From contig OY729428.2 of assembly GCA_963422375.2 (NCBI GenBank), positions 3,488,001-3,552,000 of the forward strand: a stretch of 64,000 nucleotides of DNA, given 5' to 3'. Positions 37,266 through 47,012 of this stretch are shown piece by piece. The stretch's first letter is position 1. Each line of letters opens with the position of its first letter. A program made the position numbers and the translations under genes. Below the pieces are notes generated by a model. That model ran no database searches. It worked only from the letters and a program-made list of their open reading frames with translations, and was not told where the DNA came from. The stretch comes from Bryobacterales bacterium. Its GTDB lineage: Bacteria > Acidobacteriota > Terriglobia > Bryobacterales > UBA6623.

Positions 37266-39731
37266 TCAGTAGTTCACCCAGAACGGGCTGCCCCACGCCA
37301 CGTTGCCGTCGGACTGCTCGACTCGCACGTAGTAGTACTGCGGCCCCATGCCGGCCGTCGCGTCCTTGTCCAGAAACTCGAATTCCGCGGTCTGGCCGTC
37401 CGGCTGGTGCGCGTAGACCACGCTCTCGCCCCGAAACACGTTGACGCGAGAGAGGTCGGTCGTGCCACGGACCTTGACCGAAAGCGGCACGGGCTCGCTC
37501 GCGAGGAACTCGTCGCCCATGAAATGCTGGCCCATGCGCGCGTCCAGCAGGATGTTGTCGGTGGCGCCGTAGGTGTGCCGGCGGCGGATCGCATCGAGAA
37601 TGCCCTGCCGCGTGACGCGGTCGGTGTATACCATCGTGTACGAGTAGTGCGTTGAGCCGTGGTCCGAGCTCACGGTCACCCCGAGCCGGTACCCCTTGCC
37701 CCAAGCGTTTCGCACCATTCCGATCGGACGGTACCCTCCGGGCGCGTCCGCCGGTTCGGCGCTCTTGGCGGAGAGCGGCGCCCCGACGTACTCGTAATTG
37801 GTTCGGGCGCCCTGCATGATCTCGACGACGGGCTCGATTTCCGGGTCGTTGTCCCGCCAGTCAGTTCCCATCCTCGTGCCGGACGTGTGCGATATCGCGA
37901 TTCCTCCCATGCGGCGCAGCGCTTCGTAGAGGTGCTTCGTGTCGTCGCGCACGACGTTGGCCGTGGCAACCGCTGGCATGTCGCCGATCGGGTTCCTGCC
38001 GAGGGCGTAGCTCTCCTGCTCGCGCATGTAGAAAGGAACGACCTCGCCTTGCCGGTCGGCGAAGAACACGTTACGGTGCCCGTTCGGCTGGGTCACGCTG
38101 CGCTCGTAGCCGAAGATGCTCGTGTAGGTGCCGGGCAGGTGATGCATGTCCGTCATCTTCTGCGAGTACCACCACCAGTAGGGGTAGGCACCGCCTTGAT
38201 GATCCGTGGAGGCGCCGAAATCCATCGCGGCGGCATCGATCATGTAGCGGTAGAATTCCTGCAGGTTGCCGTCATTGCCGCCGCCGCCGTCCCAGCTCAG
38301 CTCGGTGTGCCGGTGGAAGTCCCCCCGCACGATCTGCACGGTCCGGCCGTGGACCGTCGTGCGGTACGAGCGCATCGCGTCGAGGTCGGCCGCCTCGTTC
38401 GGGTGCCAAGGCGCGATCTCGGCCTCGGGCAGGGCGAGCGGCTCCAAGGCGGGATCCGGGGCCTCGCCGGTGGATGCCAGCCTGCCGACCCAGACCTCCC
38501 CCCGAATCGGACGGTGGGCGTAGGCCGTGGTGCGATTGTCGGTCGGCCACGCTAGCCACGAACTCCCGTCAGGCGCGACGGCGTACTGGATCCGCGTGCT
38601 GGACCGCCCGAAGCTGTGCGGCAGCGGGCGCGCCGCGGTCCACCCCTGCCCGTCGTAGCGGGTCAGCCAGTACCCCCAGTAGCCGCGCGTGCCAGTTCCC
38701 CGGGCCGTGTGCCTGACAAGGCGCTTGGCGGCCACCAGCACATTCCCGCCCGCGTCCGCGAAGACGTGTGGCTGGTAGGTCCACTTCGGCATGCCCTCCC
38801 CTCCCGAGAACGGCTGCTGCAGCGGGCTGGCCGGAGCCTGCAGCCTCCCGTCGGCGAAGACCGCGGCGTTGACCGCCCGCTCCGCTCCGATCCGGACTCC
38901 CGGCTCCCGGTCGCGGATGTTGTAGCCGGTGTCCTTGCCCCAGTTCGCGCCGCCCTCTTCCCAGGCCACCCAGACGCGGTCGGCCGAGTCGACGGCTACC
39001 GTGGCCTTCGCCTCGTAGCGCCCCGTCGCCGCCACGGCGATCTCCGGGACCGCGACCGCGCCGTCCCGGAGGCCGGTCAGGAACACGTCGTAGTTTCCGT
39101 TGGCGTAGCTGTCGTAGGCGACCCACAGGGTCCCCTTCGAGTCGAAGGCGACCGCGGGCTCCCAGTCGTTCGCGGAACGGCCGGTGACCCGAGTCTCGTC
39201 GGACCAGCCCGCGTCGCGGGAGTAGGTCCGGACGAAGATGCCGGATCTGCCGTCGCGGAAGCCCTGCCAAGCCACGGCCAGGTTGCCGTCGGCGTCGGAA
39301 GCGAGGCGCGGATTGATGTCGGGCATGGGCGCGTCGGTCAGCCGGACGGCCGGCCCCCAAGCATCCTCGGCCGGATCCAGGGCCCGGGCGTACATGTCCC
39401 AGTTGCCGTCGAGCATCTGGCTCCAGACCACCCACAGGCGGCCGTCGGAGTCGACGGCGGCCTGCGGCAGCCACGCGTCGCCGCTCGTGCCCGGCACGAA
39501 GCGCAGGCTGCCCCACTGGCCGTCCTGCCAGCGCCGGAGCGCGATCCGGTCGCGCCTGTCTTCGTAAGCCAGCCACGCGAGCCAGACCGAGCCGTCGGGG
39601 GCGGCCGCGATCGCCGGCAGGTCGTCTTCCAGCATCTCCGTCCCGGCCATGGTCAGGTCCGAGATATCCTGCGCCGCGACCGGATTCGCCGCCGCCGCGC
39701 AAAGCAGCCCAAGAACAAGCAAGACAGGCAT
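37266..39731 (-). CDS. Exported protein with beta-propeller-like repeats and C-terminal PHP-like (DUF3604-like) metallohydrolase
   Basis: Signal peptide; repeated P..A.D..G..WVxW blades; GDFHRHT, TDH, YE, GHRNV, SSDHG and YGAT. Confidence 0.7.
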   Translation of the reverse strand: MPVLLVLGLLCAAAANPVAAQDISDLTMAGTEMLEDDLPAIAAAPDGSVWLAWLAYEDRRDRIALRRWQDGQWGSLRFVPGTSGDAWLPQAAVDSDGRLWVVWSQMLDGNWDMYARALDPAEDAWGPAVRLTDAPMPDINPRLASDADGNLAVAWQGFRDGRSGIFVRTYSRDAGWSDETRVTGRSANDWEPAVAFDSKGTLWVAYDSYANGNYDVFLTGLRDGAVAVPEIAVAATGRYEAKATVAVDSADRVWVAWEEGGANWGKDTGYNIRDREPGVRIGAERAVNAAVFADGRLQAPASPLQQPFSGGEGMPKWTYQPHVFADAGGNVLVAAKRLVRHTARGTGTRGYWGYWLTRYDGQGWTAARPLPHSFGRSSTRIQYAVAPDGSSWLAWPTDNRTTAYAHRPIRGEVWVGRLASTGEAPDPALEPLALPEAEIAPWHPNEAADLDAMRSYRTTVHGRTVQIVRGDFHRHTELSWDGGGGNDGNLQEFYRYMIDAAAMDFGASTDHQGGAYPYWWWYSQKMTDMHHLPGTYTSIFGYERSVTQPNGHRNVFFADRQGEVVPFYMREQESYALGRNPIGDMPAVATANVVRDDTKHLYEALRRMGGIAISHTSGTRMGTDWRDNDPEIEPVVEIMQGARTNYEYVGAPLSAKSAEPADAPGGYRPIGMVRNAWGKGYRLGVTVSSDHGSTHYSYTMVYTDRVTRQGILDAIRRRHTYGATDNILLDARMGQHFMGDEFLASEPVPLSVKVRGTTDLSRVNVFRGESVVYAHQPDGQTAEFEFLDKDATAGMGPQYYYVRVEQSDGNVAWGSPFWVNY

Positions 39732-39772
39732 TTGAGAATCCCTCCTCACGCGGGCCGCGCCCACATTACAAG

Positions 39773-39800
39773 AGGATACCCGCGATAGGATACCCGCGAT
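39773..39800. repeat. 14-bp tandem duplication (aggatacccgcgat x2) overlapping palindrome cccgcgatcgcggg
   Basis: Read directly at 39773-39786 and 39787-39800. Confidence 0.85.
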
Positions 39801-39847
39801 CGCGGGACGGAAGGCCGGCCGGGTTTCCGCGAATCGCCCGCGCGCGC

Positions 39848-42067
39848 CTAGGGGCGCCCACCTAACAACACCTCGCGCACGGCGTCGACGCGCGACAGCG
39901 CCCCCGCGACCCGCTCCAGCTGCGACTTGTCGGCGACCTCGACAACGAAATCGATCGCCGCCGTCCCTCCGGCGGGCCCCCTCCGGGACTCCATCGTGGC
40001 GATGTTCAGGCCTTCGTTCGCGACGATGCTGGTCAGGTCCTTGAGGACGCCCCGCCGGTCCTCCACCCGGGCGGTCAGCCTGGCTTGGTACCTAGTGCCC
40101 TCCTTGGGTGCCCAGCGCACGTCGATGCGCCGCTCGGCTTCGAACATCAGGCTCTGCACGTTGCGGCAGGCCCGGGAATGCACCGCGACCCCCTTGCCTC
40201 GCGTGACGTAGCCGACGATCGCCTCGCCGGGGATGGGATTGCAGCACTTGGCGCGGTAAATCAGCACGTCGTCGATGCCCTGCACTTCCAGCGTCGCGTC
40301 GGCTTCCCCCACGCGGGCGGGGTCCGCGGCGTCCGGGAGCGGGGGCTTGGAGCGCAGCTGGCCGGGATCGGGCGCCGCGCCTGCCGGGAACAGCTTGCGC
40401 ACCACCTGGCCGGCCGAGTAGCGGCCGTACCCCACCCGCGCGCGCAGGTCGTCACTGGTGGAGCAGCCGTACTCCCGGCAGACTTCCTCGAGGCGGACCG
40501 CGGGCACCTTGCGCAGCGGAAGCCTGGCCGCGCGGGCCTCCTTTTCCAGCAGGCGCTGGCCGATCTCGATCGCCTGCCGCCGACGCTCCGCGTTCAGCCA
40601 CTGCTTGATCTTGTTGCGGGCGCGGGAGGTCTTGACGAAGCTCAGCCAGTCCTGGCTGGGCCGGCCCCCGGGCTGCGTGAGCACCTCCACGATCTCGCCG
40701 TTCTGCAGCGGCTGGCGGATCGGCGCGATCTGGCCGTCGACCCGGGCCCCGCTGCAAGCGTGGCCCACCTCGGTATGGATCGCGTAGGCGAAGTCGACCG
40801 GCGTGGCGTCCCGCGGCAGCGCGACGACCTGGCCCTTGGGCGTGAAAACGTAGACCTCCTCCGGATAGAGCTCGATCTTGAGCGTGGAGAGGAAGTCCGC
40901 GGAGTCCTTCATCTCGCGCTGCCACTCGACCAGGCGGCGCAGCCAGGCCATCTGCCCGTCAGCCACGTCCGGGCCCTTGTGCCGTTCCTTGTACTTCCAG
41001 TGGGCGCAGATGCCCTCCTCGGCCATGCGGTGCATCTCCTCGGTGCGGATCTGGACCTCGAAGCGCTGCCCGTCCCGCGTCACGACCGAGGTGTGCAGCG
41101 ACTGGTACAGGTTGGGGCGCGGCAGCGCCACGAAGTCCTTGATGCGTCCGGGCACGGGATGCCACTGCCCGTGGATCACGCCCATGGCCGCGTAGCAGTT
41201 CGTCTTGGTGTCCGTGACCACGCGCAGGGCCAGCAGGTCGTAGACCATCTCGAAGGTCACGTTCTGCCGCCTCAGCTTCTGGTAGATCGAGAACGGCCGC
41301 TTGATGCGGCCCTCGATGCGCGAGGGGATGCCGGCCTGGGCGAGCTTGTCGGCCAGCTCGCGCTGGATCTCGGCTAGGAACTCCTCCGTGGCCTCGCGGC
41401 GCGACTCGACCTGCCCCCTGATCACCGTGTAGGCGTGCGGCTCGAGGTACGCGAACGAAAGGTCCTCCAGCTCGCTGCGCACCTTGCCCATGCCCAGGCG
41501 CAGCGCGACGGGAGCGTAGATCTCGCGCGTCTCGAGGGCGATGCGCCTCTGCCGGTCCCTGCCGAGGGCGCCCAGCGTGCGCATGTTGTGCAGGCGGTCG
41601 GCCAGCTTGATCAGGATGACGCGGATGTCCTGGACCATCGCCAGGATCATCTTGCGGAAGGTCTCCGCCTGGCGCGCCTCCGAGGAGTGGTAGCGCAGGC
41701 GGCCGATCTTGGTCACGCCGTCGACGCACCGCGCGACCTCCTGGCCGAACTCGCGCCGCAGGTCGGCCACCGTCGCCGCCGTGTCCTCGACGACGTCGTG
41801 GAGCAGCCCTCCCGCCAGGGTGGACTCGTCCAGGCGCATGTCCGCCAGCAGGTGGGCCACCTCGACCGGGTGCGAGAGATAGTCCTCCCCGCTCTTGCGC
41901 TTCTGGCCCCGGTGCCCCGCGGCGGCGAAGGCGTACGCCTTGGGCAGCAGCCGCAGCGGATCCCCGGGGCGGTACTCACGATACTTGCTCTCCAGCTCCT
42001 CGTAGCGACGCCGGGGCGGCCCGGCCCGCGCCTGCGGCGCTGCATTCGAACTGGTGGTGGCGGGCAT
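39848..42067 (-). CDS. relA: Bifunctional (p)ppGpp synthetase/hydrolase RelA/SpoT
   Basis: H.GQKRKSGE.Y..HP, LLHDVVED, KLADRLHNMRTL, YQSLHT and EVQIRT; TGS (FTPKG...DFAYAIHT), ZFD (AKCCNPIPG) and ACT domains. The ORF track start at 42601 is over-extended. Confidence 0.95.
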   Translation of the reverse strand: MPATTSSNAAPQARAGPPRRRYEELESKYREYRPGDPLRLLPKAYAFAAAGHRGQKRKSGEDYLSHPVEVAHLLADMRLDESTLAGGLLHDVVEDTAATVADLRREFGQEVARCVDGVTKIGRLRYHSSEARQAETFRKMILAMVQDIRVILIKLADRLHNMRTLGALGRDRQRRIALETREIYAPVALRLGMGKVRSELEDLSFAYLEPHAYTVIRGQVESRREATEEFLAEIQRELADKLAQAGIPSRIEGRIKRPFSIYQKLRRQNVTFEMVYDLLALRVVTDTKTNCYAAMGVIHGQWHPVPGRIKDFVALPRPNLYQSLHTSVVTRDGQRFEVQIRTEEMHRMAEEGICAHWKYKERHKGPDVADGQMAWLRRLVEWQREMKDSADFLSTLKIELYPEEVYVFTPKGQVVALPRDATPVDFAYAIHTEVGHACSGARVDGQIAPIRQPLQNGEIVEVLTQPGGRPSQDWLSFVKTSRARNKIKQWLNAERRRQAIEIGQRLLEKEARAARLPLRKVPAVRLEEVCREYGCSTSDDLRARVGYGRYSAGQVVRKLFPAGAAPDPGQLRSKPPLPDAADPARVGEADATLEVQGIDDVLIYRAKCCNPIPGEAIVGYVTRGKGVAVHSRACRNVQSLMFEAERRIDVRWAPKEGTRYQARLTARVEDRRGVLKDLTSIVANEGLNIATMESRRGPAGGTAAIDFVVEVADKSQLERVAGALSRVDAVREVLLGGRP

Positions 42068-42153
42068 AACCTCGCGCCGGCCTCCCGAGCCGCTAAGCGC
42101 AAGAAGGCTCCGAGCCGGATTATGCGCGAGACGAGCGCCCGTCGGGGACGGCG

Positions 42154-43026
42154 CTATTCGTCCTGGGTGATCATCTCGATGGTGCTCTCCTCGGCGAGCC
42201 GCTTGCGCGTGTCGAGCGCCTGCTGCACCCAGCCGTCGGCCTCGGAGATCATGTCGTTGTACTCGGCGTTGGTTTCGGCGAAGTCGGCGCGCTCGCGGTA
42301 CAGCAGGTTCACGTAGGCCATCGCGGCGTCGTAGTCGGGGTCGATCTCGAGCGCCTTCTCGAGCGCCTGCAGGCCCTGGTCGATCAGGGGCACGATCTCC
42401 CCGGAAAGGGAGGCCAGATCCTCGCGCTGCTCGCGATTCAGGCGCGCCCTGGTGCGGATCGGCCCCGGATCCTCCTGCCTCATGCCGAGCTCGGCCCGCA
42501 GCTCGAGGCGCGGCTCGTAGGACTGCGTCCAGCAGATGACGCCGATGGTGTAGTGCGAGTCCTTGTTGCCCGGCTGGGACTGCAGGACCTTGTTGTGCCA
42601 CTCCTTGGCATCCTCCATGCGCTTCATCTGGAAGTACAGGGAGGCGATGCTCTGCAGCGCCGTCGAATTCTCGGGATCGTCCTTCAGGACGTCCTTGAAG
42701 CCCTCCAGCGCCCTGTTGGCGATGTCGATGTTCTCCTGGTACTCGGCGCCAGGCTGGTACTGCATCATCGTGGAGTACGCCAAGTACACCCGGGCGGCCT
42801 TGAGCTCGTTGTCGAGGCTGGACGCCTGCCCGAACAGCTCGCCGGCCCGCACGAAGTCGCCCGCCGAGAACGCCTGCACCCCCTTGTTGAGCTGCATGCG
42901 CGCGCGCAGGGAGTCGATGTTCTTGACTCCCATCGCGTTCAGGCCGATCTTGCCGCCGATCACGATGAGCAGCACCGCGCCCAGGACGATGCCGCCGACC
43001 TTGTACACTCTCTTGTCGATCTTCAT
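42154..43026 (-). CDS. Membrane-anchored TPR protein associated with the ExbBD/TonB operon
   Basis: N-terminal TM; ARMQLNKGV and TPR-like helices (ALEKALEIDPDY); follows exbD. Confidence 0.8.
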   Translation of the reverse strand: MKIDKRVYKVGGIVLGAVLLIVIGGKIGLNAMGVKNIDSLRARMQLNKGVQAFSAGDFVRAGELFGQASSLDNELKAARVYLAYSTMMQYQPGAEYQENIDIANRALEGFKDVLKDDPENSTALQSIASLYFQMKRMEDAKEWHNKVLQSQPGNKDSHYTIGVICWTQSYEPRLELRAELGMRQEDPGPIRTRARLNREQREDLASLSGEIVPLIDQGLQALEKALEIDPDYDAAMAYVNLLYRERADFAETNAEYNDMISEADGWVQQALDTRKRLAEESTIEMITQDE

Positions 43027-43078
43027 GATTCGCTCCGTTGTCCCGCGCTATGGCGCACGCTCGGAATCCGCGTGTCGC

Positions 43079-43495
43079 TCACTCGATCTGCTCGGTAAGA
43101 AGACCGATCTTGTCGACGCCCGCGCCCTTGCCGATGTCGATGATCTTCGCGATGTCCTGGTAGTCTAGCACGGGGGCCCCGCGCACGAACATGACCCGCT
43201 CGGCGCGCGTCTTGAAGATGTCGCGCAGGTTGGCCTCGAGCGTGTCGAGGCTGGAGGGGTCGCGGTTGATCATTATGCTGCGGTCCGCGTTGATCGAGAC
43301 GACGACCGTGCGCGCGTTCGGCTGCGCCTGGCTCTCGTCCTCATTGGGCTGGGGAACGAGCGCCTCCAGCCCCTTCGGCGTGATCGGCGTGATGACCATG
43401 AAGATGATCAGCAGCACCAAGAGCACGTCGATCAGCGGCGTCATGTTGATGTACGGAACGGTCTTGCCTTCGCCGCCGCCCACTGACATTGCCAT
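43079..43495 (-). CDS. exbD: Biopolymer transport protein ExbD/TolR
   Basis: INMTPLIDVLLVLLIIFMV. Confidence 0.92.
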   Translation of the reverse strand: MAMSVGGGEGKTVPYINMTPLIDVLLVLLIIFMVITPITPKGLEALVPQPNEDESQAQPNARTVVVSINADRSIMINRDPSSLDTLEANLRDIFKTRAERVMFVRGAPVLDYQDIAKIIDIGKGAGVDKIGLLTEQIE

Positions 43496-43540
43496 GGTGA
43501 TAGTCCTCCTCGAGTCCCGAGTCGCGCCGTGCTCCGGCGG

Positions 43541-44035
43541 CTAGCCGCCGCTGAAGCCCGCGCGCTCCTCCTCTTTCTCGGTCAGCAAGCCGACCTGGTC
43601 GACGCCGGACGTGCGCACCGCGTTGACCACCTCCACGACCCGCTCGTAACGCGAGCGGGCGTCGCACTTGATGTACACCGTCTTGTCGATGCGGTTGGTG
43701 ACGACGTCGCCGACCTGCTGGGTCAGCTCGCCGACCGCCTCGAGCTTGTTCCGCCCGAGAAAGATCTGCCCGTCGCGGGTCACCGCGACCACCAGCGCGT
43801 CCTCGGCGTCCGCCTCGTCCATCGCGACCGGGTTGCGCGTGCGCACCAAGTCGACGCTGACGCCCTTGCTGAGCATCGGCGTGATGACCATGAAGATGAT
43901 CAGCAGCACGAGCATCACGTCCACCATCGGGGTCACGTTGATCTCGTTGATCGCGGCTTGGCCGCCGCGGGTGCCCTTCCGGACATCGCCGCTGTCGTAT
44001 TCGACGTCCTTGAGCCCGATTTCCTCTTTAGCCAT
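43541..44035 (-). CDS. exbD: Biopolymer transport protein ExbD/TolR
   Basis: INVTPMVDVMLVLLIIFMV. Confidence 0.92.
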   Translation of the reverse strand: MAKEEIGLKDVEYDSGDVRKGTRGGQAAINEINVTPMVDVMLVLLIIFMVITPMLSKGVSVDLVRTRNPVAMDEADAEDALVVAVTRDGQIFLGRNKLEAVGELTQQVGDVVTNRIDKTVYIKCDARSRYERVVEVVNAVRTSGVDQVGLLTEKEEERAGFSGG

Positions 44036-44137
44036 GTTCGTTTCCTCGCTTCCTAGCGACCGCCCGCCGGCAAGCCCTGCCGGGGGGCGGCCGCTGCACG
44101 ATCCTACAGCCGGTCAGCCCGCTGGCGCAGGCGCCGC

Positions 44138-44848
44138 TCAGCTGCTCCTCTTCAGGAAGTAGTCAATGAGCTCGGAGCCCGCGTTGTCCATCTCCACGTC
44201 GAAGCCTTCGACCTTGGAGTTGAAGTAGTTGAACATCCACACGGCGGGAAGCGCCACGAAGAGCCCGATGGCCGTGGCGACGAGCGCCTCGGAGATGCCG
44301 CCGGCGACGGCGCCGAGACCGGTGGAGCGTTCCTGGGAGATGCCCTGGAAGGCGTTGATGATGCCAACCACCGTGCCGAACAGGCCGACGAACGGCGCGG
44401 TCGACCCGATCGTCGCCAGCCCGCTGAGGCCGCGGTTCAGCTCGGCGTGCGTGATCGCCTGGGCCCGCTCGAGGGCCCGCTTGGAGGCCTCGATGGTCCG
44501 GCCCGGGACGTCGCTGCCGACGCCGTGCGACTTGAACTCCGCCAGGCCGGCGGTAACGACCTTGGCGAGGTGGCTCTTCTTGTAGCGGTCGGAGAGCTTG
44601 ATGGCGTCGTCCAGCTTGCCCTCCCGGAGCGCGCCAGCGATCGCCGGGGCGAAGAGGCGGGACTGCTTCCTGGCCGCGTAGTAAGCCAGTCCGCGGTCGA
44701 TCATGACGCCGATCGACCAAGCCGACATCAGGAACATGACGATGACGACGGCCTTGGCCGCGAACCCCATCTGGTTCCACATCGACATCATGTCGAATCC
44801 GACTTCCTGCTGCAGCAGGAACGCGGTGGTTGCGAATTGCGAAAGCAT
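44138..44848 (-). CDS. exbB: MotA/TolQ/ExbB proton channel protein
   Basis: LATIGSTAPFVGLFGTVVGII and GISEALVATAIGL. Confidence 0.93.
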   Translation of the reverse strand: MLSQFATTAFLLQQEVGFDMMSMWNQMGFAAKAVVIVMFLMSAWSIGVMIDRGLAYYAARKQSRLFAPAIAGALREGKLDDAIKLSDRYKKSHLAKVVTAGLAEFKSHGVGSDVPGRTIEASKRALERAQAITHAELNRGLSGLATIGSTAPFVGLFGTVVGIINAFQGISQERSTGLGAVAGGISEALVATAIGLFVALPAVWMFNYFNSKVEGFDVEMDNAGSELIDYFLKRSS

Positions 44849-44976
44849 CTGCTTGTTTTCCTCCTAAAGAAACAACGAGTTGCGTTGACCAACTGTTCGT
44901 GCCGGGTTTGCCGGGCGCCGACGGAGCGGCGACCTGGGCGCCCGACTCCCGCGAGGGGAGAGCGCGGACGCGGGCC

Positions 44977-45729
44977 TCACCCGCTGAGGGTGAAGTTCAC
45001 GTCGATATTCGTGAGGACCTCGACGGCCTCGCCGTTGAGCAGGGTCGGCCTGTAGCGCCACTGCTTCACGGCCGCCAGGGCCGCGGGGACGAGAAGCGGG
45101 TGGCCGGACATGACCTCGAGCTTCTGGATCGAGCCGTCCTTGGAAATGATCGCCGACAGCTTGACCGTGCCCTGGATGCGGGCCTGGCGGGCGAGTGGCG
45201 GGTACTGCGGTCGCACCTGGCGCGTCAGGCGCGCCTTGGCGACGTTGCCACCGACGCGAATGCGCTTGGGCGGCGCCTTTTTCTTCACCGGCGGCGGGGG
45301 GGGGGGCGGCGGGGCCGCCGTGGGCGCGCTCGATATGATGCTGCCCAGCACGCCGCCGACCGTACCGCCGACGCTGCCGCCGGGCACGCCGCCGACGACC
45401 CCGGCGATGCCGGCGCTAGGGGCGGCCATATCCTCTTCGATGATCGCGACCTGGTCGGGGATGGCGACCGGCTGGGTCAGCGCCCCGGTGTCGAACTCGC
45501 GCGGAACCGGCTTGACCTTCACCACGGCCGCGGGAGGCGGCGGGGGCGGGGGCGGGGGCGGGGGCGCCGTCAGGAAGCTGACGAACTCCGCGGCGGGCAG
45601 TTCGTAGTAGTTGAGCAGCGGGATCAGGAGCATGACCCCAACGAGCATCAGCTGGGCGACCGTGGACAGCACCACCGACCACCGCGAGGTGTTCTTGACC
45701 CTGTTCTCCATCAACGAGTCTTCAAACAT
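44977..45729 (-). CDS. tonB: Energy transducer TonB
   Basis: N-terminal TM, poly-Pro tracts, GVVGGVPGG linker and C-terminal YPPLARQARIQGTV domain. Confidence 0.93.
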   Translation of the reverse strand: MFEDSLMENRVKNTSRWSVVLSTVAQLMLVGVMLLIPLLNYYELPAAEFVSFLTAPPPPPPPPPPPAAVVKVKPVPREFDTGALTQPVAIPDQVAIIEEDMAAPSAGIAGVVGGVPGGSVGGTVGGVLGSIISSAPTAAPPPPPPPPVKKKAPPKRIRVGGNVAKARLTRQVRPQYPPLARQARIQGTVKLSAIISKDGSIQKLEVMSGHPLLVPAALAAVKQWRYRPTLLNGEAVEVLTNIDVNFTLSG

Positions 45730-45762
45730 GATTGCTAGCCCCTCCTAGGCACCGTGCCGGTT

Positions 45763-46944
45763 TCAAGCACGCCTCTCTCTCCGGCCGCCCGCCGACCTCG
45801 CTGCCATGCGTTCCTGGCCCCACAGCAGCACCGGGCTGGCGACAAAGATGGAGGAATAGGTTCCGACCAGCACGCCCACCACCAAGGCGAACGAGAAGCC
45901 TCGCAGAACCTCTCCACCGAAAACAAACAAGCATACGACCGCGATCAGAGTCAACCCGGAAGTCAGCACGGTGCGGCTGAGCGTCTGGTTGATGCTGAGG
46001 TTGAGCAACTCCGCCAGGCCGGAGCGCCTTGTGACCTTGCGGTTCTCCCGCACGCGGTCGAAAATCACGATCGTGTCGTTCATCGAGTAGCCCACAAGTG
46101 TCAGCAAGGCCGCGACGACTGTCAACTCAATCTCGCGCCCGACGAGCGAGAAGAAGCCCAGCGTGATGAAAACGTCATGGAAGACCGCGACCACGGCGGC
46201 AACGCCGTAGATCCACTCGAATCGAAACGCGATATATACTAGCATTCCCGCGAGCGCGAAGAGGGTGGCCTTGATGGCCTGCCACTGCAGCTCGGAGCCG
46301 ATCTTGGGGCCGACGACCTCGACCCCGCTGATATGGAAGGCGCCGGCCTCGACCTCGGCCACCGCGGCCGCGGCGACGCTGGCGTCGATTCCCGGCACTT
46401 CGGCGAGGCTGCCCGCGTCGCGGACGAGGCCGGAACGCGGCCCTTGGTCGCGCCAGGCGACGATCGCCGTCGCGGCTGCCCGCAGGTCCTGGCTGCTGTG
46501 CCCCGCGTCGCGCAGCGAGCGGTTCGCCATGAGCCGCTGGGCCAGGTCGTCGGGCACGGCGTTGTTCAGATCCAGCTTGCCGTCGGCGATCGGGTAGATC
46601 TCGCGCAGCGTGTCGAGCACCTGCGCCTTGCCGGATGTCTCGACGAAGTCGCCGGCCAGGTCCAGCTCGATCTTGAGCTCGTGGCTGTCGGCCGAGTCCT
46701 CGAAGGGCTGCAAGGTGGCCACGCTGAGGCCCTTGGACGTGAGAACCTGCCGCATCCGCTCGAGGTCGGGCGGATCCTGGAACTTGACGTACACCAAGGT
46801 GCCACCCTTGAAGTCGATGCCGAACCGCAGGCCGCCCCTGAGGGCCGCGCTGACCACTCCCGCGAGCAGCAGGACGGCCGACAGGGCGACAAACGCATGC
46901 CGACGCCCGATGAAATCGATTTTGGTCTGGCCGATCAGTTGCAT
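45763..46944 (-). CDS. secF: Protein translocase subunit SecF
   Basis: GIDFKGG, VGPKIG, HDV, GYSMNDTIVIFDRVREN and GTYSSIFVA. Confidence 0.96.
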   Translation of the reverse strand: MQLIGQTKIDFIGRRHAFVALSAVLLLAGVVSAALRGGLRFGIDFKGGTLVYVKFQDPPDLERMRQVLTSKGLSVATLQPFEDSADSHELKIELDLAGDFVETSGKAQVLDTLREIYPIADGKLDLNNAVPDDLAQRLMANRSLRDAGHSSQDLRAAATAIVAWRDQGPRSGLVRDAGSLAEVPGIDASVAAAAVAEVEAGAFHISGVEVVGPKIGSELQWQAIKATLFALAGMLVYIAFRFEWIYGVAAVVAVFHDVFITLGFFSLVGREIELTVVAALLTLVGYSMNDTIVIFDRVRENRKVTRRSGLAELLNLSINQTLSRTVLTSGLTLIAVVCLFVFGGEVLRGFSFALVVGVLVGTYSSIFVASPVLLWGQERMAARSAGGRRERRA

Positions 46945-47012
46945 TGCCGTTGTGACGCGATCCGACCCGGTCCTCTAGACACCGGCCGGGGGCCCGGTGT
47001 TCCCCGGAATCC

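Noticed and set aside
42068..42601. Long N-terminal extension of RelA
   Set aside because: It overlaps the TPR gene in another frame; ATG 42067 gives a normal length of about 739 aa.
45290..45570. G-rich repeats as a contingency locus
   Set aside because: They encode the normal poly-proline tracts of TonB in frame.
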